A stretch of 64,000 nt of DNA, taken from positions 933 to 64,932 of the IMG/VR virus record IMGVR_UViG_3300042549_001429, one strand, 5' to 3'. The notes under the pieces are model-generated. The model was given only the letters and a program-made list of their open reading frames with translations, searched no databases and was not told where the DNA came from. The DNA comes from a virus. Taxonomy: Duplodnaviria > Caudoviricetes. The position numbers were made by a program, and so were the translations under genes. How positions within the stretch are numbered: position 1 is the stretch's first letter; each line of letters starts with the position of its first letter. Positions 49,621-58,488 of the stretch are shown here, piece after piece.

Positions 49621-49847
49621 AGTTTCTCTAGTTCTTGTTTAACTTCTTCCCAATATCTCCATTGTTTATCTAATGGATAAATATGCCAATCAATACAGCG
49701 TTTTATCTCACCTAATGCTATCAGTGCACATTGTTTGGCATTATAATTAAGTTGATTTACAAATAACACATCATCATTTGTTGTTGGATAATAAGAATAC
49801 TTTTTAAACTTATGTACCAACTCTTCTGCTTTTTCTTTAGGTGTCAT
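49617..49847 (-). CDS. Hypothetical protein (MTPKEKA family)
   Basis: MTPKEKAEEL..AKQCALIA..YWEEVKQE; AT-richer than neighbours. Confidence 0.7.
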   Translation of the reverse strand: MTPKEKAEELVHKFKKYSYYPTTNDDVLFVNQLNYNAKQCALIALGEIKRCIDWHIYPLDKQWRYWEEVKQELEKL

Positions 49848-51300
49848 AAAAATCTTTTTTAAAATGGTTGATAGTGTAGTCTTTCTTTTTGGTCACTGCT
49901 TTATAAATTTCGTACTCAATTCCGTCCTTGGCAAATACCCAATAAACTTTATTCTCAAGCCTATCCTTGGTCGTCATCCTATCCTTGCTCTGCCAATAAC
50001 TCGTAGCACTGAAGTCAATGTTATAGTACACCAAGAAGTCAGCGTCACGCAAAGATATTCCCTCTCTACCTGATACAATCTGAAGGGCAATGCTCTTGTC
50101 AGTGTCTTCAAAGACACTCAATTCTGTAGTCAGGGTGTCACCAAATACACTCTTCAGTGCAGCCAACTCCTCCTTGAACTTGTAGAAGATTCCAATCTTG
50201 GACGTACAGAAGTTGTCGTAAATGAACTGAGCCTTAGTCAGGTCAAGCACCATACTGTTACCGCTCTCGAACTTTATCGTTCCACTGCACAACTGATGAA
50301 CCTTCATCATCAACTTGACCGGGGTGTCTGCAAGGATGGTCTCCTCTTTCCCCTCGATAACCAAGTCACGCTTTAGTTTCTTAATCATTGAGTAAGTCCT
50401 GTCGCTCATCTGTACCTCAAGCACCTCCTCAATGGTCTCTGCTTTGAACCCTGCCTCCGCTTGCGTGTAGTTAATCGTGTACGGCTCCATGGCTTTGACT
50501 ATCGTATCCAAGCCACCGCTGTAGTCCTTGATAAACATCCCGTTGATTTTCTTTTGCGTCACGTTCACGTACTTATCACAGAATCTGTAAAAGTTTCTGA
50601 ACTCATCGAACGGATTTTTTGGGATAGCATAGACCTGATGGTACATCTGAGAGTAAGACTCAGGGGTTGGTGTCCCTGATAGCAGTATTACCTTTGGCCT
50701 GTACTTTTGAATCACGCTCGCTACCAACTCTGCCCTGCCACTTGGCTTAGGGAATGCTCCCATGCTGTGAGCCTCATCGCAAACTATTAAATCCCATCTC
50801 TCATTGTTCATTACCAAGTGGAGGCTCTCGTAGTTGATTACCGTAATTTGATAGGATGGCATAAGAAGATTATAGTCAGCCTCAATTGTGCTGATGGCTT
50901 TCTTCTTGGTAATAAATAGCACACGCTGTGCGTGTATTCTATCGGCAATACCTAGACTCGTAAGAGTCTTGCCTGTCCTCACCTCCATGGCAAGGTACAG
51001 GAACCCATGCTTCTCAAGTATCTGAGAGCCTTTCTCGATTATGTCTGTCTGATAATCTCTGAATGTTACGCCTCCTTTCTTTTCCATCTCGTGTAGGTTT
51101 TTGTAGTACTCGCAGCTCCTGATTATTCTGTCTACAGTTTCTTTGTCGGTAGTGTGTTTAGGCACTTTGAGTATCTCTACATTACGACCTCTACCTACTT
51201 TTACATCTTTGGTTTGTGTGACAACTGATTTAAGAATCTCGCATTGCCTCCACATCATCTCGTTACTGTAACAGGGTATGCGTGGTACTATGTCTATCAT
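49837..51300 (-). CDS. SF2 (SNF2/DEAH-like) helicase
   Basis: FRDYQ, EVRTGKT, DEAH, SGTP, EGISL, QSKDR motifs. Confidence 0.9.
   Translation of the reverse strand: MIDIVPRIPCYSNEMMWRQCEILKSVVTQTKDVKVGRGRNVEILKVPKHTTDKETVDRIIRSCEYYKNLHEMEKKGGVTFRDYQTDIIEKGSQILEKHGFLYLAMEVRTGKTLTSLGIADRIHAQRVLFITKKKAISTIEADYNLLMPSYQITVINYESLHLVMNNERWDLIVCDEAHSMGAFPKPSGRAELVASVIQKYRPKVILLSGTPTPESYSQMYHQVYAIPKNPFDEFRNFYRFCDKYVNVTQKKINGMFIKDYSGGLDTIVKAMEPYTINYTQAEAGFKAETIEEVLEVQMSDRTYSMIKKLKRDLVIEGKEETILADTPVKLMMKVHQLCSGTIKFESGNSMVLDLTKAQFIYDNFCTSKIGIFYKFKEELAALKSVFGDTLTTELSVFEDTDKSIALQIVSGREGISLRDADFLVYYNIDFSATSYWQSKDRMTTKDRLENKVYWVFAKDGIEYEIYKAVTKKKDYTINHFKKDFYDT
50102..50117. repeat. 16-bp palindromic motif copy, intragenic (helicase)
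   Basis: GTGTCTTCAAAGACAC. Confidence 0.9.
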
Positions 51301-51632
51301 TTTTTCAATCTCTTTTTACAATTACCGCAGAACATCTTTCTGCTGTACTCGGTGATTAATGGTTGGGTGCACTCGCATCCTATTTCTTTTCTCGTTCCGT
51401 CCCTGTTGAAGTTCTCTTCCATTACTAAGACTATCTCAACACACTTCTCGAACATCTCGAATGCAGAAAAATAATCTATCATCATCTCGAACAACTCAAA
51501 CGGTGGGTCTTGGTCAGGTGCGTGAGCAAACAGGCTTACATCTGAATTAAGTATCTCATCCATTGTATTCTTACCTGTTATTACATTGAATGAATTAATC
51601 ATTCCAATGTGAATCATTTGTTCTTGTGTCAT
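51297..51632 (-). CDS. Hypothetical protein with C-terminal Zn ribbon
   Basis: CEC...CGNC. Confidence 0.65.
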   Translation of the reverse strand: MTQEQMIHIGMINSFNVITGKNTMDEILNSDVSLFAHAPDQDPPFELFEMMIDYFSAFEMFEKCVEIVLVMEENFNRDGTRKEIGCECTQPLITEYSRKMFCGNCKKRLKK

Positions 51633-51638
51633 AATTTT

Positions 51639-54059
51639 TTAAAATGGTGGTTCCTCATTTGTTGTCTTCTTGCTTCTGATAATTATCCATCTACCTTGTT
51701 GGTCTCTGTCCTCCTCAGGCATCGTGCCCTCCTTGTAAATAGCGTAGGCTATCAACCACTTGTAGAACTTTGTCCTGCTGATTGTCATCCTACCCCTCGG
51801 GCCGTAGTCAGGATACTCATCAATGAAGTTGGAATACAATTCGTTCTTGTATAGTCTCGTGTCCGTCTGCAGTGCTACGTTCCTTTCGTTGTTGTCAACA
51901 AGTCCACACCACTCTATAAACTCGTGGCAAGTCTCTGCTGATAACTGACGAATCTTTAGGTTGACAAACTTACTCTTCACAAGTCCTGTCCTCAGGTAGT
52001 TGGTCAGACATCCAATCATGTAGTTGTCGAACTCACACCAATCGTCATCGTTCCAATCACCGAACATCAACTTACCAAACTCATCTAGTGGGGTAAACTC
52101 TTTCGTGTAGTACTGATGCAACTCCAACTCCCACTTACGTCTTGCGAATGAATTACCTGCCCCCTTGATAGCATAGTTGGTAGTTATCGCAATCTTAGGT
52201 GACTTGCTGAATGGTATCTTGATAGCGTCCTTGTTCTTCTTCTCTAGTGTCAAACCCTCGGTCACTACACTGAACAGTCGCTCGAAGTCGAAGTGCTTTC
52301 TCACATCATCGAAGCAAAGTATCTGCGTGTCTGCAGACACCAACTGATAAGCGAAGCTGCGCTCGAATGCGAATGACTTACCGTCAATCACCACAAGTTT
52401 TTTCATCTTACTCAGGGCATTCATCAATAATCCTTTGCCCGTTCCTCCTTCAGGGTTGTCACTGATTACCTCATCGTTCAGAATCACAGCAGGGCAGAAG
52501 CTCAGGTTCTTGTAGCCATGGAGTAGGAATCCAATCGTACTCTCCATCGTCCTGACTCTGTTATCATCACCCCCGTTGATATTGCTCACGAACTTTTTGA
52601 AGTCACATTTTTGAGTCACACCACACAACGTGAAGTTTCTGTCTATCACGTGGTCTTTCCATACGTAACCACCCAAGTCCAAATAGTCTAGCGTGGTAAC
52701 GCCATCCTTGGTAATTTTTATTGCGCAGTTTTTGTAGTACAGGTATGACGACTCCTTGTTGTCAGCGATAAAGTAAATGTCAATCGTAGACAGAAGCGAC
52801 AAGAACTCTTCCTTGAAGAATCTAGTTTGGTCAGCGAAGTAATTGTACACAGCCACATCGTCCAACTCCAATAGGTGCGTAAGCACGAAGTCCTTAATCT
52901 CTTTCTCACTCGTGTGGTCAATCAAGTTGTTGGTGACCTTAACGAATATGTAATTCTTGCCACCCTCAGGGCAGTACTTGTAGAAGCCATTGTCCTCAAG
53001 GAACTGCTTGAACTGAATGTGGATTATCTTGATGACCCCCTTATCGTTTCTGTCCCAAAAAGTTTGTTTGGAATTTTCCTCCTCAACTTTTGTGAGCACT
53101 GATTCGATGGTCTCGCTATCCAAGTTGGAGTCTTGCAATTGGATGCGTATCTCTTTTTTTGATACGCCTCTTCTCAGTTTGGCTTTGATTGAATTGATTC
53201 TCTCCTCGTCCTCGTAGTACTTGGTACCGAAGTTAGCAGTGTGTCTGTAGGCTGAGTCAATTGTTGTACCAATCTCCCTAAGTGAGAAGTCGTCTGAAGC
53301 GAACTGATTAAGCACGTAGGAGGCAAGGCTTTTGTTGATACCGAAGTCGTTGAACGCCATCGCTAGAACGTATGCGTTCTGATTACGCTGACCCTCACTC
53401 ATCGGATACTTTTTCTCCCACCACTTTACAAGTATCTCTACAATCTTATTCTCATCTGTGATAGGGATGGTAGCCTTGTCTCTCGTTCTACTCACCTCCG
53501 TGTACTCAGGCTCCTCAATTACATCCCAAATGGATGAGTTGTCATTAACGTAAATTAAGGGGTCGTAGGACTCGTAACATACTCGGCTAAGGTTCTTGCT
53601 CGTCTTATCGAAATAAGCGCTGTTAAAGTACTTTTCTAGGCTATTAAAGAAACTTGTATGGTTGTCTGCATCTGCAGGAATCTTAACCAATACTTTCAGG
53701 CCATTGCCTGATGGTGAAATGAATACTGAGAAGACATATTTGTTCTTGCTCAGGTTCTCTTTGTCCTGCAGTAATTCTTTCTGCTTGGTGTAGCCATCAA
53801 AGTCCAAGCATATCAATCCTGAATGCTGAAGCAATGAAGCGTCTGTCCTCTTGTTGAATGTACCGCTGAAGCAAATTGCAGGCAGCTGTTTCTTGAGCTC
53901 CTGTCTCTCGGGCTTGTTTTTTTCCAAGCGTATTTTCTTTACCAACTCCTTAGTCGCACCTGAGCCATCCTTAATCCTCTCAAGGATTACGTGTACATCA
54001 CGGAAGAAAGGTGTGTCGGTGTCTCTAATGCTTTGGAATATAGTTACAGTATGTGTCAT
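51639..54059 (-). CDS. Primase-helicase (BT4734/VirE-N-like primase, PriCT, P-loop helicase)
   Basis: HSGLICLDFD, FISPSGNGLK, SRVCYESYDP, EGQRN, GGTGKG, FDD. Confidence 0.85.
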   Translation of the reverse strand: MTHTVTIFQSIRDTDTPFFRDVHVILERIKDGSGATKELVKKIRLEKNKPERQELKKQLPAICFSGTFNKRTDASLLQHSGLICLDFDGYTKQKELLQDKENLSKNKYVFSVFISPSGNGLKVLVKIPADADNHTSFFNSLEKYFNSAYFDKTSKNLSRVCYESYDPLIYVNDNSSIWDVIEEPEYTEVSRTRDKATIPITDENKIVEILVKWWEKKYPMSEGQRNQNAYVLAMAFNDFGINKSLASYVLNQFASDDFSLREIGTTIDSAYRHTANFGTKYYEDEERINSIKAKLRRGVSKKEIRIQLQDSNLDSETIESVLTKVEEENSKQTFWDRNDKGVIKIIHIQFKQFLEDNGFYKYCPEGGKNYIFVKVTNNLIDHTSEKEIKDFVLTHLLELDDVAVYNYFADQTRFFKEEFLSLLSTIDIYFIADNKESSYLYYKNCAIKITKDGVTTLDYLDLGGYVWKDHVIDRNFTLCGVTQKCDFKKFVSNINGGDDNRVRTMESTIGFLLHGYKNLSFCPAVILNDEVISDNPEGGTGKGLLMNALSKMKKLVVIDGKSFAFERSFAYQLVSADTQILCFDDVRKHFDFERLFSVVTEGLTLEKKNKDAIKIPFSKSPKIAITTNYAIKGAGNSFARRKWELELHQYYTKEFTPLDEFGKLMFGDWNDDDWCEFDNYMIGCLTNYLRTGLVKSKFVNLKIRQLSAETCHEFIEWCGLVDNNERNVALQTDTRLYKNELYSNFIDEYPDYGPRGRMTISRTKFYKWLIAYAIYKEGTMPEEDRDQQGRWIIIRSKKTTNEEPPF

Positions 54060-54062
54060 TCT

Positions 54063-54222
54063 ATGTCGTTTTAATGTCGATTCTATGTCGCTTATTGATA
54101 GTTAACTATCTGATTACTAGAACTAATGTCGATAATGTCAATTTTATTCTTAAAATATAATTTAAAAAAAATAAGAAGAATAGATACACACATATAGAAA
54201 TATGGGAGAAACGTCTTGACAT
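54063..54222. repeat. ATGTCG iterons, 14-bp palindrome GATAGTTAACTATC and AT-rich tract: candidate origin
   Basis: ATGTCG at 54063, 54074, 54085, 54126; ATGTCA at 54135; palindrome 54097-54110. Confidence 0.55.
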
Positions 54223-54242
54223 TTTCGTCACGCATTGGAGGT

Positions 54243-54269
54243 AAAAAAAGGGGAAGTTTACACTCCCCC
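54243..54269 (-). terminator. Intrinsic terminator after SSB gene
   Basis: GGGGAG-TGTAAA-CTTCCCC + T7 on the - strand. Confidence 0.7.
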
Positions 54270-54294
54270 GATTCTTATTCCTAAATGGGTTAGA

Positions 54295-54600
54295 TTAGAA
54301 CGGAAGGTCTCCGTCCTCCTCAGGCTCAGGCACAACTGCTTTTGGCTCTGCCTTTGGCTTTGCCTCTGCCTGTGGCTTAGCGCCACCCTGTGTCGGCTCG
54401 TAGGTATCCAACTCAACATAGTGATTGCCACTGCGGGCAGTCTTAATGTTGAGGTTTACCCATCCATTTTTCTCGTGTTCCCTGATGAATGCTACCGCAT
54501 CGTCAGCCTTGATTGACATTCTCCCCACCACGAAGTCGGGAGCCTTTTCGTTTCTCTTGAATGAGAAACCATCTGCAAAGATTTTTTCGTCTTGTGCCAT
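54295..54600 (-). CDS. Single-stranded DNA-binding protein (putative)
   Basis: Small beta domain, flexible linker, acidic EEDGDLPF tail; next to exonuclease/Sak. Confidence 0.7.
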   Translation of the reverse strand: MAQDEKIFADGFSFKRNEKAPDFVVGRMSIKADDAVAFIREHEKNGWVNLNIKTARSGNHYVELDTYEPTQGGAKPQAEAKPKAEPKAVVPEPEEDGDLPF

Positions 54601-54620
54601 TGTGAATTGATTTTAAATGT

Positions 54621-54674
54621 GCCTCAGTCTATTTGAACCAACCACCCACCTCTGAGGCTAAGTGGATGATTGGT
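54621..54674 (-). promoter_or_regulatory. H-type RNA pseudoknot in SSB leader
   Basis: P1 ACCAAUCAUCCAC/GUGGGUGGUUGGU (13 bp with GU pairs); loop GCCUCAG pairs with downstream CUGAGGC. Confidence 0.7.
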
Positions 54675-54682
54675 TTGTCTTT

Positions 54683-54698
54683 GTGTCTTTGAAGACAC
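54683..54698. repeat. 16-bp palindromic motif copy
   Basis: GTGTCTTTGAAGACAC at the exonuclease stop codon. Confidence 0.9.
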
Positions 54699-55432
54699 TA
54701 TAAAAGATACTCGTCAATATAGTAATTGACAATGTCATCTGATGGATTCTTGCCGAAGTACTTATCGTAAACCTCGATGGCTCTGCCAACCTTGGCTTCG
54801 CCTGACTTAACAAAGTCCTCCGTAGGTCTAAAGATTCCTAGCACTCCCGTGCCCTTGTCGATTACATAGAACACCAAAGGCTTACCAAACAACTCCTGAT
54901 AAATGTAGCACTGTGAGTCGTAGTTATAAGACTTGGCCGACCATTTGAACTTATGAATGTCACTCGTAGTCTTCAGGTCAATCACCGCATTGTCTGTTAC
55001 AATGTCGGCCTTACCCTTCCACATCATGCCTTGGATTTCTCCAACCGCAGGCGTCTCATACTGATTGCCATCTTTGTAAATCTCATCGTAGAAGGCAATG
55101 TTGCCGTTGATGATATTGACTAGCGATTGAATCTCCTCCTGCTCTTTCTTGAGCATACAGAACGGTAAGTTGTTGGTCTCACAGAACGCTTTGTACTCCT
55201 TGGTAGTACGTGTGCTCACGTCCACCGAAGGCACATCCTTGGCCTTCTCAGGCTCAAGGATTAACTGATGGAAGTAACGGCCATCCATGAAGGCTTTGTT
55301 GTCCTCCCTCGGCTTGCCAAAGTCCTGAGGGTTCGAGAGTAGCGTGCCAATGTCTGAGTTGGATAGGTAGTTCTTACCGACTCCATTGTAGTACTCATTG
55401 TCGTCACGTAGTTTTGAAATGATATTGTCCAT
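54698..55432 (-). CDS. PD-(D/E)XK exonuclease (RecE/DUF3799-like)
   Basis: YLSNSDI..GRYFHQLILEP..KGKADI..IDLKTT..YDSQCYIY. Confidence 0.8.
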   Translation of the reverse strand: MDNIISKLRDDNEYYNGVGKNYLSNSDIGTLLSNPQDFGKPREDNKAFMDGRYFHQLILEPEKAKDVPSVDVSTRTTKEYKAFCETNNLPFCMLKKEQEEIQSLVNIINGNIAFYDEIYKDGNQYETPAVGEIQGMMWKGKADIVTDNAVIDLKTTSDIHKFKWSAKSYNYDSQCYIYQELFGKPLVFYVIDKGTGVLGIFRPTEDFVKSGEAKVGRAIEVYDKYFGKNPSDDIVNYYIDEYLL

Positions 55433-56076
55433 TACTTTGCGTTTATTAGGTTAGCGATTTCTTTCTTTAATGCAGGACTGATTTTGTACTTGCGTGTAAG
55501 TTGCGCACCAATCTTCTCAATGCCTGAGGCTTTGTTGGTAGTCACATACTTGACAACCGCATTCCAATTGTCAGTGTCTTTCTTCAACTCAATCAAGCCA
55601 TCACCTACTGCAGGTGCTGCTTTCTTTGGAGCCTCAGCCTTCGCTGTAGACTCACCCTCAGGTAAATCCTCGCCTGCATAAATGTAAATCCCCAATCCAA
55701 ACATCGCTAGGTTCTTAACCAAGCAACGCATAAGTGTTTTGTTAATGTCGAACGTAGTAGCCGCATCCACCTGCTTGTCACCGAATCGGGTGCTGTAGGT
55801 GTAAGCAACTTTTCTCATTGACTTGTTCTTGCCGTCCATTACAGGAAGCCACATCTCAAGGGTCTCACCCTCGATAGTCACAGTGGTGTGACACATGAAT
55901 CCAAGTACCTCATCGTACTCTGTCTCTAGGATTTTGTAGGTAGCGTCAGGACACGCTCTCTTAGTTTCTGACCAAGCCCACGCCCATGACAGGTACGTAA
56001 GGTTGTCTTTCTTTTCAACGTGCTCATTCACATTGATAGCCGATAGTCTTTCAAAGACAGTTTGCTTTTTTTCCAT
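55432..56076 (-). CDS. sak: Sak/Rad52-like single-strand annealing protein (DUF1071)
   Basis: LTYLSWAWAW..MWLPVMD..RCLVKNLAMFGLGIYIYAGEDLP. Confidence 0.85.
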   Translation of the reverse strand: MEKKQTVFERLSAINVNEHVEKKDNLTYLSWAWAWSETKRACPDATYKILETEYDEVLGFMCHTTVTIEGETLEMWLPVMDGKNKSMRKVAYTYSTRFGDKQVDAATTFDINKTLMRCLVKNLAMFGLGIYIYAGEDLPEGESTAKAEAPKKAAPAVGDGLIELKKDTDNWNAVVKYVTTNKASGIEKIGAQLTRKYKISPALKKEIANLINAK

Positions 56077-56110
56077 TTGATTTGATTTGATTAGATTGAT
56101 AAATGATTGA

Positions 56111-56413
56111 CTAGATAAATACTGAACGCTCCAATTCTTTAACGATTGACACATAGTCCCTATCCTCCGCTATCCTGCGCTCGACTGATGCGATGCCATG
56201 GATGATTGTTGTATGGGTAATTTGGTAGCCCGCCTCACACATATAGCGCTCAATGTACGTCACCTGCATTGGCCTCTTTGAGCATAGGTAATAAATTAAG
56301 TGCCTAGCGTCCACGTACTTTCTCTTCTTAGATTTGGAGAAGAGCTCCTCCTTTGTGATGCCAAACAGGTCGATAACCCGTTCTACATACTGATTAAAAA
56401 CATCATGCTTCAT
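56111..56413 (-). CDS. DnaA domain-IV-like HTH protein
   Basis: FGITKEELFSKSKKR..VDARHLIYYL..HTTIIHG. Confidence 0.7.
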   Translation of the reverse strand: MKHDVFNQYVERVIDLFGITKEELFSKSKKRKYVDARHLIYYLCSKRPMQVTYIERYMCEAGYQITHTTIIHGIASVERRIAEDRDYVSIVKELERSVFI

Positions 56414-56435
56414 AAGTAGATTTGATTATAAGAAA

Positions 56436-56443
56436 CAAATATA
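56436..56443 (-). promoter_or_regulatory. Bacteroidota -7 element TATATTTG
   Basis: CAAATATA on the + strand, upstream of 56413. Confidence 0.55.
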
Positions 56444-56468
56444 GTGAATATGTTGATTCTTGGTACAA

Positions 56469-56717
56469 TTATTTTTCAGAAATTTTTGAAAAGATTTTAG
56501 CCTCAACATCGTCAAGCACGAACCCACGGATATTGTCATTGTAATAAAACTCCCCTGTGCTTAGCACCTGAATGGTTTGTTCTAGTACAGAATATACAAT
56601 AACATCCGTACAACTGCTGATTAATACTGACTCAGGATACTTGTCTAAGAAATTTTGCCTGCTCATAAATCGACCTGAGTCGATGAATACTTCTAACGGT
56701 GATTGATTTTTTTTCAT
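56469..56717 (-). CDS. Hypothetical protein
   Basis: Start moved to the ATG after the AAATCAAATCAA leader. Confidence 0.65.
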   Translation of the reverse strand: MKKNQSPLEVFIDSGRFMSRQNFLDKYPESVLISSCTDVIVYSVLEQTIQVLSTGEFYYNDNIRGFVLDDVEAKIFSKISEK

Positions 56718-56730
56718 TTGATTTGATTTT

Positions 56731-56778
56731 ATGGGAGCCGAGGCTCCCGTTACTTTGTATAAATTTCGTACAAATATA
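56731..56778 (-). promoter_or_regulatory. -7 element TATATTTG (56771-56778) followed by 5' leader hairpin ACGGGAGC-CTCG-GCTCCCAT
   Basis: Consensus match plus GC-rich stem-loop 56731-56750. Confidence 0.55.
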
Positions 56779-56785
56779 GTACAAT

Positions 56786-57088
56786 TTATTTGTAAAAACA
56801 AAGGTCTGTAAATTTCACATAGACATACCCATCGTGTGTGATTTTGTCGGCACTGTCCCACGACTCCTTGGTGATTACGTGACCGTCAGGATACCTTGGA
56901 TTCTGCTGCTCCAACTCAGACTTTAGTTTCTGAATGTACAGCGTAGCGTCCATCAACTCCTCCTGTAAATGGTTTAACCACTCAATAAGCGGAAGTGTAT
57001 TACCCTCCAAGGTAGTCCCGTATTTGGTGACGCCAACCTCAGACCTCTGTGCGTACTTGTCTACCACATCTTTAACTATCTTATCCAT
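56786..57088 (-). CDS. Conserved phage protein (MazG-like helical fold possible)
   Basis: RSEVGVTKYGTTL..WLNHLQEELMDATLY. Confidence 0.55.
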   Translation of the reverse strand: MDKIVKDVVDKYAQRSEVGVTKYGTTLEGNTLPLIEWLNHLQEELMDATLYIQKLKSELEQQNPRYPDGHVITKESWDSADKITHDGYVYVKFTDLCFYK

Positions 57089-57470
57089 ATACCACCTCCC
57101 CCATAGTTAAGTGTTGAAAAACTATGTCAGCATCGTTCGCATCTCCTGAGCCACCAACGAAATTGTAAATGGCGTACCGCTCGCTAGACTGAACCAACTT
57201 GCTTAGCCTGTCCTGCATAGTGGTTGCGCTTATCGTCCCGATTACATCCTCCTCATTCTCCACGTCATTGATTGGTACCTCAACACCATGGTCAAGGATT
57301 GCTTTGAGGATTGCTGTCGATATGTACGGGTCTTCCTCTTTAGGAACCGCCTTCCTGATTCTCTCGATGGCATCATCGCTCAGGAAGTACCAATAATTAC
57401 TGCCACCCTCGATGGCTGTGACGAACACATCTTCTAGGACGTCACGACTGATTTCGATTTCAACTTTCAT
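57081..57470 (-). CDS. Hypothetical early protein
   Basis: TAIEGGSNYW..DA.DAD.VFQ..GEVVYG. Confidence 0.7.
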   Translation of the reverse strand: MKVEIEISRDVLEDVFVTAIEGGSNYWYFLSDDAIERIRKAVPKEEDPYISTAILKAILDHGVEVPINDVENEEDVIGTISATTMQDRLSKLVQSSERYAIYNFVGGSGDANDADIVFQHLTMGEVVYG

Positions 57471-57705
57471 TGTCAATTGTTTTATAGTTTAAAGATTTCT
57501 TTCCGTAGTAGTGGCAGTACTCCTCCACATCGTGCCAAACATCTGTGACCCCATATTGAAGCCCATCCGACCCACTGTTTAACGAGTAAGCGAAGTCCTC
57601 TGCCTCCTGCTTGGTGATGAATGCGTAAACGTGCCCTGAATTGTATCCATCGCAGTCAACTCCATCGGCAAGCACCCAATGCGTAGCGTATTCTTTCTTT
57701 GCCAT
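57460..57705 (-). CDS. Hypothetical early protein
   Basis: 81 aa ORF. Confidence 0.65.
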   Translation of the reverse strand: MAKKEYATHWVLADGVDCDGYNSGHVYAFITKQEAEDFAYSLNSGSDGLQYGVTDVWHDVEEYCHYYGKKSLNYKTIDNES

Positions 57706-57706
57706 G

Positions 57707-58021
57707 TTAATCTTCTTTTGATTTGATTTCTAATGTGTCACACGCATCCTCGATAGCCAACCATATTTGCTCCATCGTAGCCTCATTGGTCAACGCCATC
57801 TCAAGTACCTGCTGTGCCTGCTCTTCTGAGCAATGGTGACCTTCCATTACATCGTCAACGTGCCACAGGTTCTCCATGAAGTAGCCTCGGGATTTTAGTG
57901 TTTGTCTCGCTGTTAAGACATCTTTTAATTGTCTCTTTGCTTGATTCAATTGGTCTCTAAGATAGTCAATTTCAAGTTGAGCAGTACCTGCTGCCGTCAT
58001 TTGGTAGTGATTCTTTGACAT
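57707..58021 (-). CDS. Hypothetical early protein
   Basis: 104 aa; WHVDDV motif. Confidence 0.65.
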   Translation of the reverse strand: MSKNHYQMTAAGTAQLEIDYLRDQLNQAKRQLKDVLTARQTLKSRGYFMENLWHVDDVMEGHHCSEEQAQQVLEMALTNEATMEQIWLAIEDACDTLEIKSKED

Positions 58022-58174
58022 AGTGATTTGATTTGTTTATAGATTACGTAAATGAAAAGACCCACGTGCAAGACAATATAAATTGTGATTGCAAGTGGAA
58101 CGGACAGGAAAAAGAAGTACATCAATTGTCCTGTGATGGATAAGATTTTTTTCATGCCATATATTTTTGGTTTG

Positions 58175-58375
58175 TTAAGTGTTTATAAATCCTCCTTCAA
58201 TTGCTATAGTCCGTCCCTTCTCAAGGGCTCTGTTTAATGATTCGTAGTCCTCAATTAATCCTTCAGAGCCATCATCGTAGACAACGAACAACTCGAATAG
58301 ACCTGAACTGAATACCTCTTTTGCTTTGTCGGTTACCACGAACCACACGAAGCCGTCAATAATTTTTACTTCCAT
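58175..58375 (-). CDS. Hypothetical early protein
   Basis: 66 aa; first gene downstream of hammerhead HH-D. Confidence 0.65.
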   Translation of the reverse strand: MEVKIIDGFVWFVVTDKAKEVFSSGLFELFVVYDDGSEGLIEDYESLNRALEKGRTIAIEGGFINT

Positions 58376-58402
58376 GATTAAATTGATTTGATTGATTAAT
58401 TT

Positions 58403-58453
58403 TCCGTTTCATCCTTTCGGAATCGTCAGTCAGGACACCCATCCTGATACGGA
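58403..58453 (-). ncRNA. Type III hammerhead ribozyme HH-D (U.U at base of stem II)
   Basis: UCCGUA^ UCAGGA UGGGUG UCCUGA CUGACGA UUCC GAAA GGAU GAAA CGGA; predicted cut 3' of 58448. Confidence 0.85.
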
Positions 58454-58458
58454 GGGCA

Positions 58459-58474
58459 GTGTCTTTGAAGACAC
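58459..58474. repeat. 16-bp palindromic motif copy in extended hairpin 5' of HH-D
   Basis: GTGTCTTTGAAGACAC. Confidence 0.9.
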
Positions 58475-58488
58475 CACCCCTGAGGATG

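Noticed and set aside
56046-56060. GTCTTTCAAAGACAG as another copy of the 16-bp motif
   Set aside because: Different centre length and outer arms do not match; not counted
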